Shown here: positions 27,081 through 34,473 of the stretch, piece by piece
Layout: the number at the start of each line of letters is the position of its first letter
How positions within the stretch are numbered: position 1 is the first letter of the stretch
Assembly (NCBI GenBank): GCA_030428385.1
Contig: JAUIDY010000009.1
Span: 23,655 to 87,654 of the forward strand
Direction of reading: 5' to 3'
Origin: Rhodothermia bacterium
GTDB taxonomy: Bacteria > Bacteroidota > Rhodothermia > Rhodothermales > JAAAOL01
DNA length: 64,000 nucleotides
The notes under the pieces: model-generated
What the model was told of the DNA's origin: nothing
Database searches by the model: none
What the model saw: the letters and a program-made list of their open reading frames with translations, nothing else
Position numbers and translations under genes: made by a program

Positions 27081-28777
27081 CCGTCGCCGTGGCAATCTTT
27101 ACAGGCCATACCCATCGGGCGATACCGCACGAAGACGCTTCCATCCGAGGCCGTTTCTTCGCGGTGGCACGAGGCGCAGGTCACGTTTTGATGCGCTCCA
27201 ACGAGTTCAAACCGCGTCGTGTTATGGTCGAACGCCGCAATAACAAAGGCCTCGGTGGTGTGGCATGTCTCGCAGGTGCGCCCCGCAAACTGATCGCGGT
27301 GCGGCTGGTCTTCAGCGTGGCAACTTGCGCAGGTGGTCTCCAGTCCCCGGAATCGCTGCACCGCCTCGCCCGCCACCGTCGTCTCGGCGTGGCAGGATGC
27401 ACAATCAACCGTTGCGTGTTGTCCGGTCAACGGGAAATCCGTTGTGGTATGATCAAACGCCGCCAGGTCCCAGCCGTCGGTGGCGTGGCAATCGACGCAG
27501 GCGGTGGTGCCAGCAGCGTCAGCAAACTGATCGCCATGTGGGCTGTCTTCCGCGTGGCACGTCTGGCACGTCGTTTCCTCGAAGTCAAAGTGGGGTTCAT
27601 TGCCTGAACGGTGGCAGGCGCTGCACGGCGTGGCGAGGTGCGCGCCCGTCAACGGAAACGCCGTCGTGGTGTTGTGCGCATCAAGGTCGAACGTCACGGG
27701 CAGCCAGCCGTCCTGCGTGTGGCAGTTGGTGCAAAGCATCCCGGCTTCGCGATCGGCAAACGCGCCGTCGTGCTCATCCACATGACACGACAGGCAATCC
27801 TCGGCGTGGAGGGCGGGAAACGTGTTGCCCAGTGTCCCAGCCACAAATTCGAGGCGAAACAGGTCATCATTACGGGCCGGTTTGCCATGACACGCGGCGC
27901 AATCGAGATTCGCGTGTTGCCCGACGAGCAAGAAGCCCGTTGCTTCGTGGTTAAACGTCGCAGCATTAAACCCGCTGAGGCGGCCCCACCCGGCGGTATC
28001 GTGGCAGTTCTGACAGGTCGCGCCAAACGCCCCATCGTGCGGGTCGGCATGGCACGCCGCGCAGGTGTCAAAACGCAGGTTCTGGTATTGCACCACTTGT
28101 TCCCCGCCGATGGTCGCTTCGCCGTGGCACGAGGCGCAATCCACCGTTTGGTGCCGCCCGGTGAGGACAAACCGTGCCGTGGCATGGTCAAACTGTTCTG
28201 CGCCTTCCCACTGGGTTTCCACATGGCAGGTGGTGCAGGTTGTCGAGCTAAACTGCTTGCCGTGCGGGCTGTCGGCGGCGTGGCACGTCTGGCAGGTGGT
28301 GCCCAGGCCGAGGTACGTTTTTTCCAGCGCGTTGTGTTCACCCTTAAATTGCCGAACCTCGACATCGGTGATAAATTCGGATTGATGACAACCCCGGCAC
28401 TCCACCGTCTGATGCGCGCCTACCAGTTCAAAGCCTGTGTCGCGGTGATCAAACGCTTCAGTATCGAAGCGCAACACATCGAACGTCCGCCCGAAGTGTT
28501 CTTTGTGGCACGTCGCGCAGTTGGCGTCTACCGTCGCATGAAATCCTTCCTCGGCGCTGATGCGTGCTTCCAGTGGCGTGTGGCAATCCAGGCACCGCGC
28601 CCGGTCGATGCCGCGCTGCCCAAGGGTGTGGCACTGCGTGCAGTTGCGGATGCCTTCCAGCGCGGCGTGGGCCTGCGACAGTTCCCCCGGCGAGATGAGT
28701 TGGGCCTGCGCCGCGTACGTCCCCACCGATCCCATCAAAAAAAGAAGGATTAAAAAATGTGGGGTGAAGGAACGCAT
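27077..28777 (-). CDS. Multihaem c-type cytochrome, 20 CxxCH motifs (c3/c7-like repeats)
   Basis: Start re-set to MRSFTPHFLILLFLMGSVGTYAAQAQ. I counted 20 CxxCH by eye. Recurrent F(D/N)H-x3-5-F-x-L-x-G-x-H-x4-C-x2-CH units. Confidence 0.9.
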   Translation of the reverse strand: MRSFTPHFLILLFLMGSVGTYAAQAQLISPGELSQAHAALEGIRNCTQCHTLGQRGIDRARCLDCHTPLEARISAEEGFHATVDANCATCHKEHFGRTFDVLRFDTEAFDHRDTGFELVGAHQTVECRGCHQSEFITDVEVRQFKGEHNALEKTYLGLGTTCQTCHAADSPHGKQFSSTTCTTCHVETQWEGAEQFDHATARFVLTGRHQTVDCASCHGEATIGGEQVVQYQNLRFDTCAACHADPHDGAFGATCQNCHDTAGWGRLSGFNAATFNHEATGFLLVGQHANLDCAACHGKPARNDDLFRLEFVAGTLGNTFPALHAEDCLSCHVDEHDGAFADREAGMLCTNCHTQDGWLPVTFDLDAHNTTTAFPLTGAHLATPCSACHRSGNEPHFDFEETTCQTCHAEDSPHGDQFADAAGTTACVDCHATDGWDLAAFDHTTTDFPLTGQHATVDCASCHAETTVAGEAVQRFRGLETTCASCHAEDQPHRDQFAGRTCETCHTTEAFVIAAFDHNTTRFELVGAHQNVTCASCHREETASDGSVFVRYRPMGMACKDCHGDG

Positions 28778-28858
28778 CACACAAAAAGGGCGAAGCGGTG
28801 AAACGCAAGCTATGCGCAGCTCCTGCACAAGTGTGCAGATCATGCGCAAGACTAACAA

Positions 28859-29506
28859 CTACGGGTGTTCGGCGGGAATGCGGGCAAGGGCCTGGGTGGC
28901 CATGCCTTGCATCTTGGCGTCGGCGGTCTGCGCGGCGACGGGCTCCCACCAGCGACGGGCCTCCGCGAAACGCCCCTGGTTGGCATGAATCGCGCCGAGG
29001 TTATACATGGCCGAGGGGTCGTTCGGGTGGTGCACAAGGAGCGTTTCCATGGCGGTTTGCGCGTCGGTCCAGCGGTTTAGCAAGCCATAGGTCTGCGCCA
29101 GGTCCAGCCACGCCTGCTGGTCGGTGGGGCGCAGCGCCACGTACTGCTCATAGGCCGCCACAGCCTCTTCGAGTTGGTGCCCGTCATGCTGCAACCGCGC
29201 CAGTTTGAGCCACTCCTCAGCGTTTTCAGGTGTTTCATCGGTGGTTTGCTTCAGGCGCTGCAACTCGGCGTGTACGTTGGGCGAGACGTTGCTTTCATCT
29301 GGCGTAAACACCGTCCGCGGCGTGTGCGTGGGGATAAACGGCGACGACGGGGTGCTGTCTGTCGTTCGGACCACATGCGGTGTCTGAGCCGTGGTTTGCG
29401 ACGGCACTACCGTCTCTGTATGCGATGTGGCAAACCAGAAGTAACCAAGGACCAAGACCAGCAACAGCAGGCCGACGAGGATGAGCGGACGTTGCAAAAA
29501 CGACAT
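28859..29506 (-). CDS. N-terminally membrane-anchored TPR-repeat protein
   Basis: TM helix LILVGLLLLVLVLGYFWF, then a low-complexity linker and about 3 TPR units (EEAVAAYEQYVALRPTDQQAWLDLAQTY...). Confidence 0.75.
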   Translation of the reverse strand: MSFLQRPLILVGLLLLVLVLGYFWFATSHTETVVPSQTTAQTPHVVRTTDSTPSSPFIPTHTPRTVFTPDESNVSPNVHAELQRLKQTTDETPENAEEWLKLARLQHDGHQLEEAVAAYEQYVALRPTDQQAWLDLAQTYGLLNRWTDAQTAMETLLVHHPNDPSAMYNLGAIHANQGRFAEARRWWEPVAAQTADAKMQGMATQALARIPAEHP

Positions 29507-29516
29507 GGCGGTGGGG

Positions 29517-30389
29517 TTAAAAGATCCAGGTATAACCGAAGGCGATGGCCACCCCTACGTGAACCAGCAACACGACGAGCAAAATGAGCGCCAAGGGCAG
29601 ATGAAGCACATGCCAGTAACCAAAAAGCCGCTGAAACGGCTGCATCACCTGTTGCTGCTGGGTGAGCGTCAGGCTTTTCAAAAACAGAGGGATGACTTCT
29701 GAAACGGTATCGGGAGTAACGTCTTGTTCATAAAGCCGCGCTTCGAGACGACGCCCCAGGTTGCGGCGGCCCATGTCGAACCGGAGCGCCCGAAAGAGCG
29801 CGGCGCCAAAACCACTGACGGCAGGCATCTGCATCTCGCGGAGCAGCCCCTCCACATCGCCACCCTTCCATTCCAGCGCGGCGCTGATCTGCGCGGCCAG
29901 CGCCGCTTGCTGCTTGCGCAACTCATTTAAGGAGTAAAACACCCCGTTGAGGGTCTTCGGGATGTGCACATACACGTAGCGCCCGAAGACGCCACTCACC
30001 ACCACAATGGTCATGCTCCAGAACGCAATCGCCACGATGTTTCCCACCTTAAACGTGGTATGCAGCAGAATAAAATACGGCCCCAGCGTACAGAGGAAGA
30101 TGTGAAACGTGAGCCAGGTACGCAGCTTGCCGAACCGATGCAGCCACGTCCACCGCTTGCGCAGGCTGTACGAGGACACCCCGACGATCATCATCAGCGT
30201 GCCGAGAATGCCGAGCCCCTGCCCCACCAGCCCCGATGGCTTAAAGGCTTCGTGGGCGGTCATAAACGGACGCTCGGCCAGCGGCGTCAGGTAATACTGG
30301 AAGCCACCCCAAAGCGGCAACACCGCCAGTGCTACCCACAAAAGCGGAAGCACTACACGGCGACGAATCAAAACCATATCAAACGGCAA
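29517..30389 (-). CDS. Five-TM membrane protein with two H-x13-H helices (candidate di-haem cytochrome b-type electron transfer subunit)
   Basis: His96/His110 lie in predicted TM3 and His263/His277 in TM5, each pair exactly 13 residues apart. A ~115-aa basic loop separates TM4 and TM5. The start is TTG at 30389 or ATG at 30377. Confidence 0.6.
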   Translation of the reverse strand: MPFDMVLIRRRVVLPLLWVALAVLPLWGGFQYYLTPLAERPFMTAHEAFKPSGLVGQGLGILGTLMMIVGVSSYSLRKRWTWLHRFGKLRTWLTFHIFLCTLGPYFILLHTTFKVGNIVAIAFWSMTIVVVSGVFGRYVYVHIPKTLNGVFYSLNELRKQQAALAAQISAALEWKGGDVEGLLREMQMPAVSGFGAALFRALRFDMGRRNLGRRLEARLYEQDVTPDTVSEVIPLFLKSLTLTQQQQVMQPFQRLFGYWHVLHLPLALILLVVLLVHVGVAIAFGYTWIF

Positions 30390-30508
30390 CTACGGGTGAA
30401 GAACAACGCCGCGCACCGGCAAAACAAGGTTTATGCCATAATGCCAAAAGGAGGCTATTGCCGAAAAAGGTTCGTCAGGAGATCACGACAAATGATGTAG
30501 GGGATTAC

Positions 30509-30618
30509 ATCCTCTCCGAGGAAGACTCCACTTTCGTTCTGTCATCCTCTGTCTCCCCTTACGCCTAAGGGGAGACAGAAAGCGGAGCCACAAACGTGGC
30601 GAGTATTTCGGAGGGGAT
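30509..30618 (+). mobile_element. 110-bp MITE-like element, family D, copy 1
   Basis: Terminal inverted repeats ATCC(T/C)CTCCGA...TCGGAGGGGAT and a central perfect 14-bp hairpin TCTGTCTCCCCTTA-cgcc-TAAGGGGAGACAGA. About 96% identical to 31137-31246. Confidence 0.8.
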
Positions 30619-30661
30619 CACACAGCCACCATATGCCGGGAATAATGTCCTTTGCTCAGAA

Positions 30662-31096
30662 TCAGCCAACCAGCGACGGATCAATCGTCCACAAAATCCC
30701 GTGCACCACATCATCGATGGAACGCACCACCTGTTCATTCTCGAAACGGAGCACGCGTATTCCTTTGCTTTCCAAAAAGCGAGTCCGCTGCGTGTCGTAT
30801 GCCCAGCGGTCCGGGTCGTCATGCACGGCACCGTCTAGCTCTATCGCCAGGTGCGCTGTGGCACAAAAGAAGTCCACGATATAAGGGCCGACTGGGTGCT
30901 GCCGCCGGAATTTGCGCCCCTCCAGTTGGCGGCGTCGCAGGCGTTTCCAGAGCATGGCTTCGGCGGTGGTGGCTTCATTTCGCAAGTGGCGGCGGAACTG
31001 GGTGCGGCGTTTTCTAAAGTCCGCGCTGGCTTCAAGATGGAATTTCTCCTTTGGCCTGCCAGAAAGAAGCGCGTCTTGTCGCTTATCGTTGGGCAT
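30662..31096 (-). CDS. DUF559 endonuclease-domain protein (Vsr-like fold)
   Basis: FRRQHPVGPYIVDFFC...LAIELDGAVHDD...RTRFLESKGIRVLRFEN is the hallmark DUF559 pattern. Confidence 0.85.
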   Translation of the reverse strand: MPNDKRQDALLSGRPKEKFHLEASADFRKRRTQFRRHLRNEATTAEAMLWKRLRRRQLEGRKFRRQHPVGPYIVDFFCATAHLAIELDGAVHDDPDRWAYDTQRTRFLESKGIRVLRFENEQVVRSIDDVVHGILWTIDPSLVG

Positions 31097-31136
31097 GATT
31101 CATTCAGCGCTTTATCAAAAAGCCTCTGTATTTATT

Positions 31137-31246
31137 ATCCCCTCCGAGGATGACTCCACTTCCGTTCTGTCATCCTCTGTCTCCCCTTACGCCTAAGGGG
31201 AGACAGAAAGCGGAGCCACAAACGTGGCGAGCATTTCGGAGGGGAT
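31137..31246 (+). mobile_element. 110-bp MITE-like element, family D, copy 2
   Basis: Same orientation and structure as 30509-30618, with 4 mismatches by eye. Perfect 11-bp TIR ATCCCCTCCGA. Confidence 0.8.
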
Positions 31247-31297
31247 TGATCGTAGCGGTTTGATGCCTCATACGAAGGGACCGGGAGCCACAACTCC

Positions 31298-31789
31298 CTA
31301 CCCCATCCCCACGGCTTCGCGGTTGGGGCAGGCGTCGCGCTTGCAGTGGCCGTACAGGTTCAGGGCGTGTTGCTTGATCTCGAACTGGTAGAACTCGGCG
31401 ACCATTTCCTGGATGCTCTGGATGCGCGGGTCGCAGAACTCCAGCACCTCGTTGCAGTCGAGGCAGATGAGGTGGTCGTGCTGCCAGTAGCTGTAGGAAC
31501 GCTCGTACTTGGCCTGGTTCTTTCCGAACTGATGCTTCACGACGAGTTCGCACTCCAGCAGCAGGTCTAGGGTGTTGTAGACCGTGGCGCGGCTCACGCG
31601 GCTCCCGCTTTGTTTGAGGCGCACGTACAGTTCGTCGGCGTCGATGTGTTCGTTGATGGCGTAGATGGCATCCAAAACCACGTTGCGCTCTGTGGTCTGG
31701 CGCAGGCCCTTGCGTTTGAGAAACGCCTGAAACCGCTGGTGGACTTCATCGAGTTGCTGTTGGGGAAGCGTAGACATGGGATGCCGCAA
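31298..31789 (-). CDS. fur: Fur-family metal-responsive transcriptional repressor
   Basis: Winged-helix N-terminus (RQTTERNVVLDAIY...VSRATVYNTLDLL). HDHLICLDCNEVLEF and a C-terminal HCKRDAC give metal-site Cys/His pairs. The start is 31789 or 31777. Confidence 0.88.
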   Translation of the reverse strand: MRHPMSTLPQQQLDEVHQRFQAFLKRKGLRQTTERNVVLDAIYAINEHIDADELYVRLKQSGSRVSRATVYNTLDLLLECELVVKHQFGKNQAKYERSYSYWQHDHLICLDCNEVLEFCDPRIQSIQEMVAEFYQFEIKQHALNLYGHCKRDACPNREAVGMG

Positions 31790-31835
31790 TCAATCAAACA
31801 TGCCAGTGGAGAGAGACACCTTGTACAAGGTTGAC

Positions 31836-32462
31836 TCAGACGGGGTCCCGGGGCGGTGGTGGTAAATCCAGCGCCTGCACATCTTTCCAAATCGCCGCAT
31901 GCAGCGCTTCCACGGTGCGCATCCCATCCAGTTTAATGATCCGATCTGGGAATTCCGCCGCCAGCTTTTGATATTCGGCAGCCACCCGCCCGAAAAACGC
32001 CTCGCCTGCCGTTTCCATGCGATCCCCGGCCCGGCGGCGCTTGACAGCTTCGCCGGGATCAATATCGATGAGGTACGTCCGGACAGGCACCAAACCACCC
32101 ACCACGCGCTGATTGAAGGCATCCAGCCATTCCCGATCCACCGCCTCCCGCCCTGCCCCCTGGTACGCCACGGTCGAGTCATAAAACCGGTCACAGATCA
32201 CGATACGTCCACTTTGCAGCGCGGGGCGAATGCGCTCGGCGACCAGTTGGGAGCGGGACGCCGAAAAAAGCAACAGCTCCGCAAAACCGTCGATGCGCAG
32301 GTCGTTGTCTAACAACAACCCCCGCACCTTTTCCGAGAGTTCGGTGCCGCCTGGCTCACGAAGTAAAATCGGATGGTAGCCCTCTGCTGCCAGGTGTTCA
32401 ATGAGCAGCCGTGCCTGTGTACTTTTGCCACTGCCATCAATCCCTTCAAACGTAATCAACAT
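31836..32462 (-). CDS. tmk: dTMP (thymidylate) kinase
   Basis: MLITFEGIDGSGKSTQ P-loop, a DRF/Y motif (CDRFYDSTVAYQG), and ~208 aa. Confidence 0.92.
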   Translation of the reverse strand: MLITFEGIDGSGKSTQARLLIEHLAAEGYHPILLREPGGTELSEKVRGLLLDNDLRIDGFAELLLFSASRSQLVAERIRPALQSGRIVICDRFYDSTVAYQGAGREAVDREWLDAFNQRVVGGLVPVRTYLIDIDPGEAVKRRRAGDRMETAGEAFFGRVAAEYQKLAAEFPDRIIKLDGMRTVEALHAAIWKDVQALDLPPPPRDPV

Positions 32463-32800
32463 AGGCGTTCTATGAAATCAATCGAAACGTTCGTGGTGGT
32501 TCCCTGATGAATGGACAAACATGGAGTGAAGGTAACCATGCCTGTGCTGATAAACCGACTCCCCGCAAAGGAAACAGCAGGGATGATCGTATGCGGGCAG
32601 ATAATCCTGGCCCCCTGCGCTTCATCAGCCAACTTTCAACTGCTTGATTTTTCTATTTTTAGCAAACACGGAATCTAGGACGCCATGGCAGGGTATAAGC
32701 GCGAGATTAACAGCCGTCTTGCATCTGGGGTCGCCTCCGTTTATAATTGACCTTTCCTGACGGCGTTTTTATTTCATTGGGCACTAACCACCGCCGCTTT

Positions 32801-34204
32801 ATGAGTATGTTTGAATTCGGCTTTGACCACTTCGACTTCGAAGACGAGGGCCGACTCAACGACCTCATCAGCTCGTACGAAAGCCAAAGCGGGTCGAGCT
32901 ACTTCGACTCGGAAGCGCTGGAAGATATTGCGACGTATTATTTCGAGCGCGGCCAACTCCTAGACGCCCTCGGTGCCATCGACCGCCTGATTGATATGCA
33001 GCCGTATTCGTCGGATGCATGGATGCGGCGGGGCGTGCTGCTGAATAACATCGGCCAACACGAAAACGCGCTCGACGCGTACGAAAAAGCCCTGGAGCTA
33101 AATCCGGCCGACACGGAGTCGATTGTTAACCTCGGCATTACGTTAGACAGCCTCGGACGGCCCGAAGAAGCCCTGGAGGCCTATAACCGAGCCTTGCAGT
33201 ACGACCCCCTTAATGAAGAAGCCTTCTTCAACCGGGGCGTGACGCTGGAACGCATGGACCGACTGGAGGAAGCCGTGGCGGCGTTTGAGGAATGTGTGGA
33301 GCGCAATCCCGACCACCCGGAAGCATGGTACGAACTGGGCTATTGCTACGACCGCCTGGAAGCCAACGATTCCAGCGTGTCGTGCTACGACCGCCACATC
33401 GACCTCGACCCGTACTCGCACGATGCGTGGTACAACCGGGGCATCGTACTCAACCGCATGGGGCGCTTTCAAGAGGCAGTAGACTCTTATGAGATGGCGC
33501 TCGCTATTCAGGACGACTTTGCGTCGGCGTATTACAACCGGGGCAACGCGCTCGCAAACCTCGGCAAGCTGAGTGAAGCCGTCGAAAGTTACCAACAGGT
33601 CGTAGAACTCGAAGGGGGCGACGCCGCCACGTTCTACAACATGGCGCTGGCGCACGAAGACCTGCGCGATCACTCCCGCGCCATCGAATATTTCCGCAAG
33701 GCACTCGACCAAGATGAGTTGTACGCCGAAGCCTGGTATGGCCTCGGCTGCTGCCTCGACGCGCAGGAACGCTTTAAGGATGCCCTCCGCTGCTTCCGGC
33801 GCGCCGTAGAGATCAACCCGGAGACCGTCGAGTTCTGGTATGCCAAGGCCGACTGCGAGTACAACGCCCGCATGCTCTCCGACGCGCTGGTGTCATACAG
33901 CACCGTGGTGCAACTGAGCCCGACCAACAGCGACGCGTGGCTCGACCTCGCCGAGACGCTGTTTGAGGCGCACCGGCTCGAAGAAGCGCTGGCGTCGTAC
34001 AACCACGCCATCTCGTTGCAGCCCAACGCGGCCGCGCCGTATGTACAGCAGGCCAAAGCGCTGTTCGCCCTCGGCCGCTCCGATGAAAGCATCCGGTCGC
34101 TGCAAATGGCCTTCCGCCTCGACCCAAAGACGAAGGACGACTTCCGGAAAACCTACCCCGACCTGTACCGCGACGTGCATTTCCGACGCCAACTCGGTCT
34201 GTAA
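32801..34204 (+). CDS. Tetratricopeptide-repeat (TPR) protein
   Basis: About 12 consecutive 34-aa TPR units (AWxxxGxxxxxxGxxxEAxxxYxxALxxxP pattern). Start re-set to MSMFEF; the start is uncertain. Confidence 0.85.
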   Translation: MSMFEFGFDHFDFEDEGRLNDLISSYESQSGSSYFDSEALEDIATYYFERGQLLDALGAIDRLIDMQPYSSDAWMRRGVLLNNIGQHENALDAYEKALELNPADTESIVNLGITLDSLGRPEEALEAYNRALQYDPLNEEAFFNRGVTLERMDRLEEAVAAFEECVERNPDHPEAWYELGYCYDRLEANDSSVSCYDRHIDLDPYSHDAWYNRGIVLNRMGRFQEAVDSYEMALAIQDDFASAYYNRGNALANLGKLSEAVESYQQVVELEGGDAATFYNMALAHEDLRDHSRAIEYFRKALDQDELYAEAWYGLGCCLDAQERFKDALRCFRRAVEINPETVEFWYAKADCEYNARMLSDALVSYSTVVQLSPTNSDAWLDLAETLFEAHRLEEALASYNHAISLQPNAAAPYVQQAKALFALGRSDESIRSLQMAFRLDPKTKDDFRKTYPDLYRDVHFRRQLGL

Positions 34205-34230
34205 CCCGCTTCCACATCATGACATTCACA

Positions 34231-34259
34231 GGCAGACGCTCGTTCGTCTGCCTTTTTTT
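34231..34259 (+). terminator. Rho-independent terminator downstream of the TPR gene
   Basis: GGCAGACG-ctcgtt-CGTCTGCC followed by TTTTTTT, 27 nt after the stop codon. Confidence 0.8.
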
Positions 34260-34350
34260 ATGCCTGCAGCGCACGATATTAGGCTCCGAACAGAACCTCG
34301 CTGACCATTACCTTTGGCATCGCTTGAAACGCCAAGGATGCGTCCCGAAA

Positions 34351-34445
34351 CCTCTCCCTTGAGGGAGGTGGCCCGCAGGGCCGGAGGGTGTACATAACGT
34401 CGAGATACACCCCGAGCCTCTACGAGGCAGCCCCCAAAGGGCAGT
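34351..34445. repeat. Intergenic multi-hairpin repeat, family C, copy 2
   Basis: CTCTCCCTTGAGGGAGGTGGCC...GGAGGGTGTAC...GATACACCCC..GCCTCTACGAGGC. Collinear with 13281-13380. Confidence 0.8.
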
Positions 34446-34473
34446 TCTTTATGGCTTCGCTGTCCAACCTGAT

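Noticed and set aside
22017-28753. Long + strand ORFs antisense to the cytochrome genes (22017..23006 329 aa, 23478..24146 222 aa, 24171..26384 737 aa, 26409..27191 260 aa, 27611..28753 380 aa).
   Set aside because: They are shadow ORFs of the minus-strand cytochrome genes. They are Arg/Gly/Val/Ala-rich with low complexity, have no recognisable domains, and their periodicity mirrors the CxxCH modules. High G+C suppresses stop codons on the opposite strand.
30431-30447. TGGCATtaTGGCATaa (minus strand) upstream of the cytochrome cluster, considered as a sigma-54 promoter or a Fur box.
   Set aside because: The GG-to-GC spacing is 3 nt too short for the -24/-12 consensus, and the match to the 19-bp Fur consensus is limited to a CATTAT hexamer. 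I kept it only as a note inside the Fur finding.
32463-32746. A possible SRP-RNA-like or other ncRNA in the 284-bp spacer upstream of the TPR gene (...CCCCGCAAAGGAAACAGCAGGG...).
   Set aside because: I tried to fold it as SRP helix 8. The flanking strands do not pair and the GNAR-tetraloop/AGCA symmetric-loop context is absent. It is more probably just a divergent promoter region.
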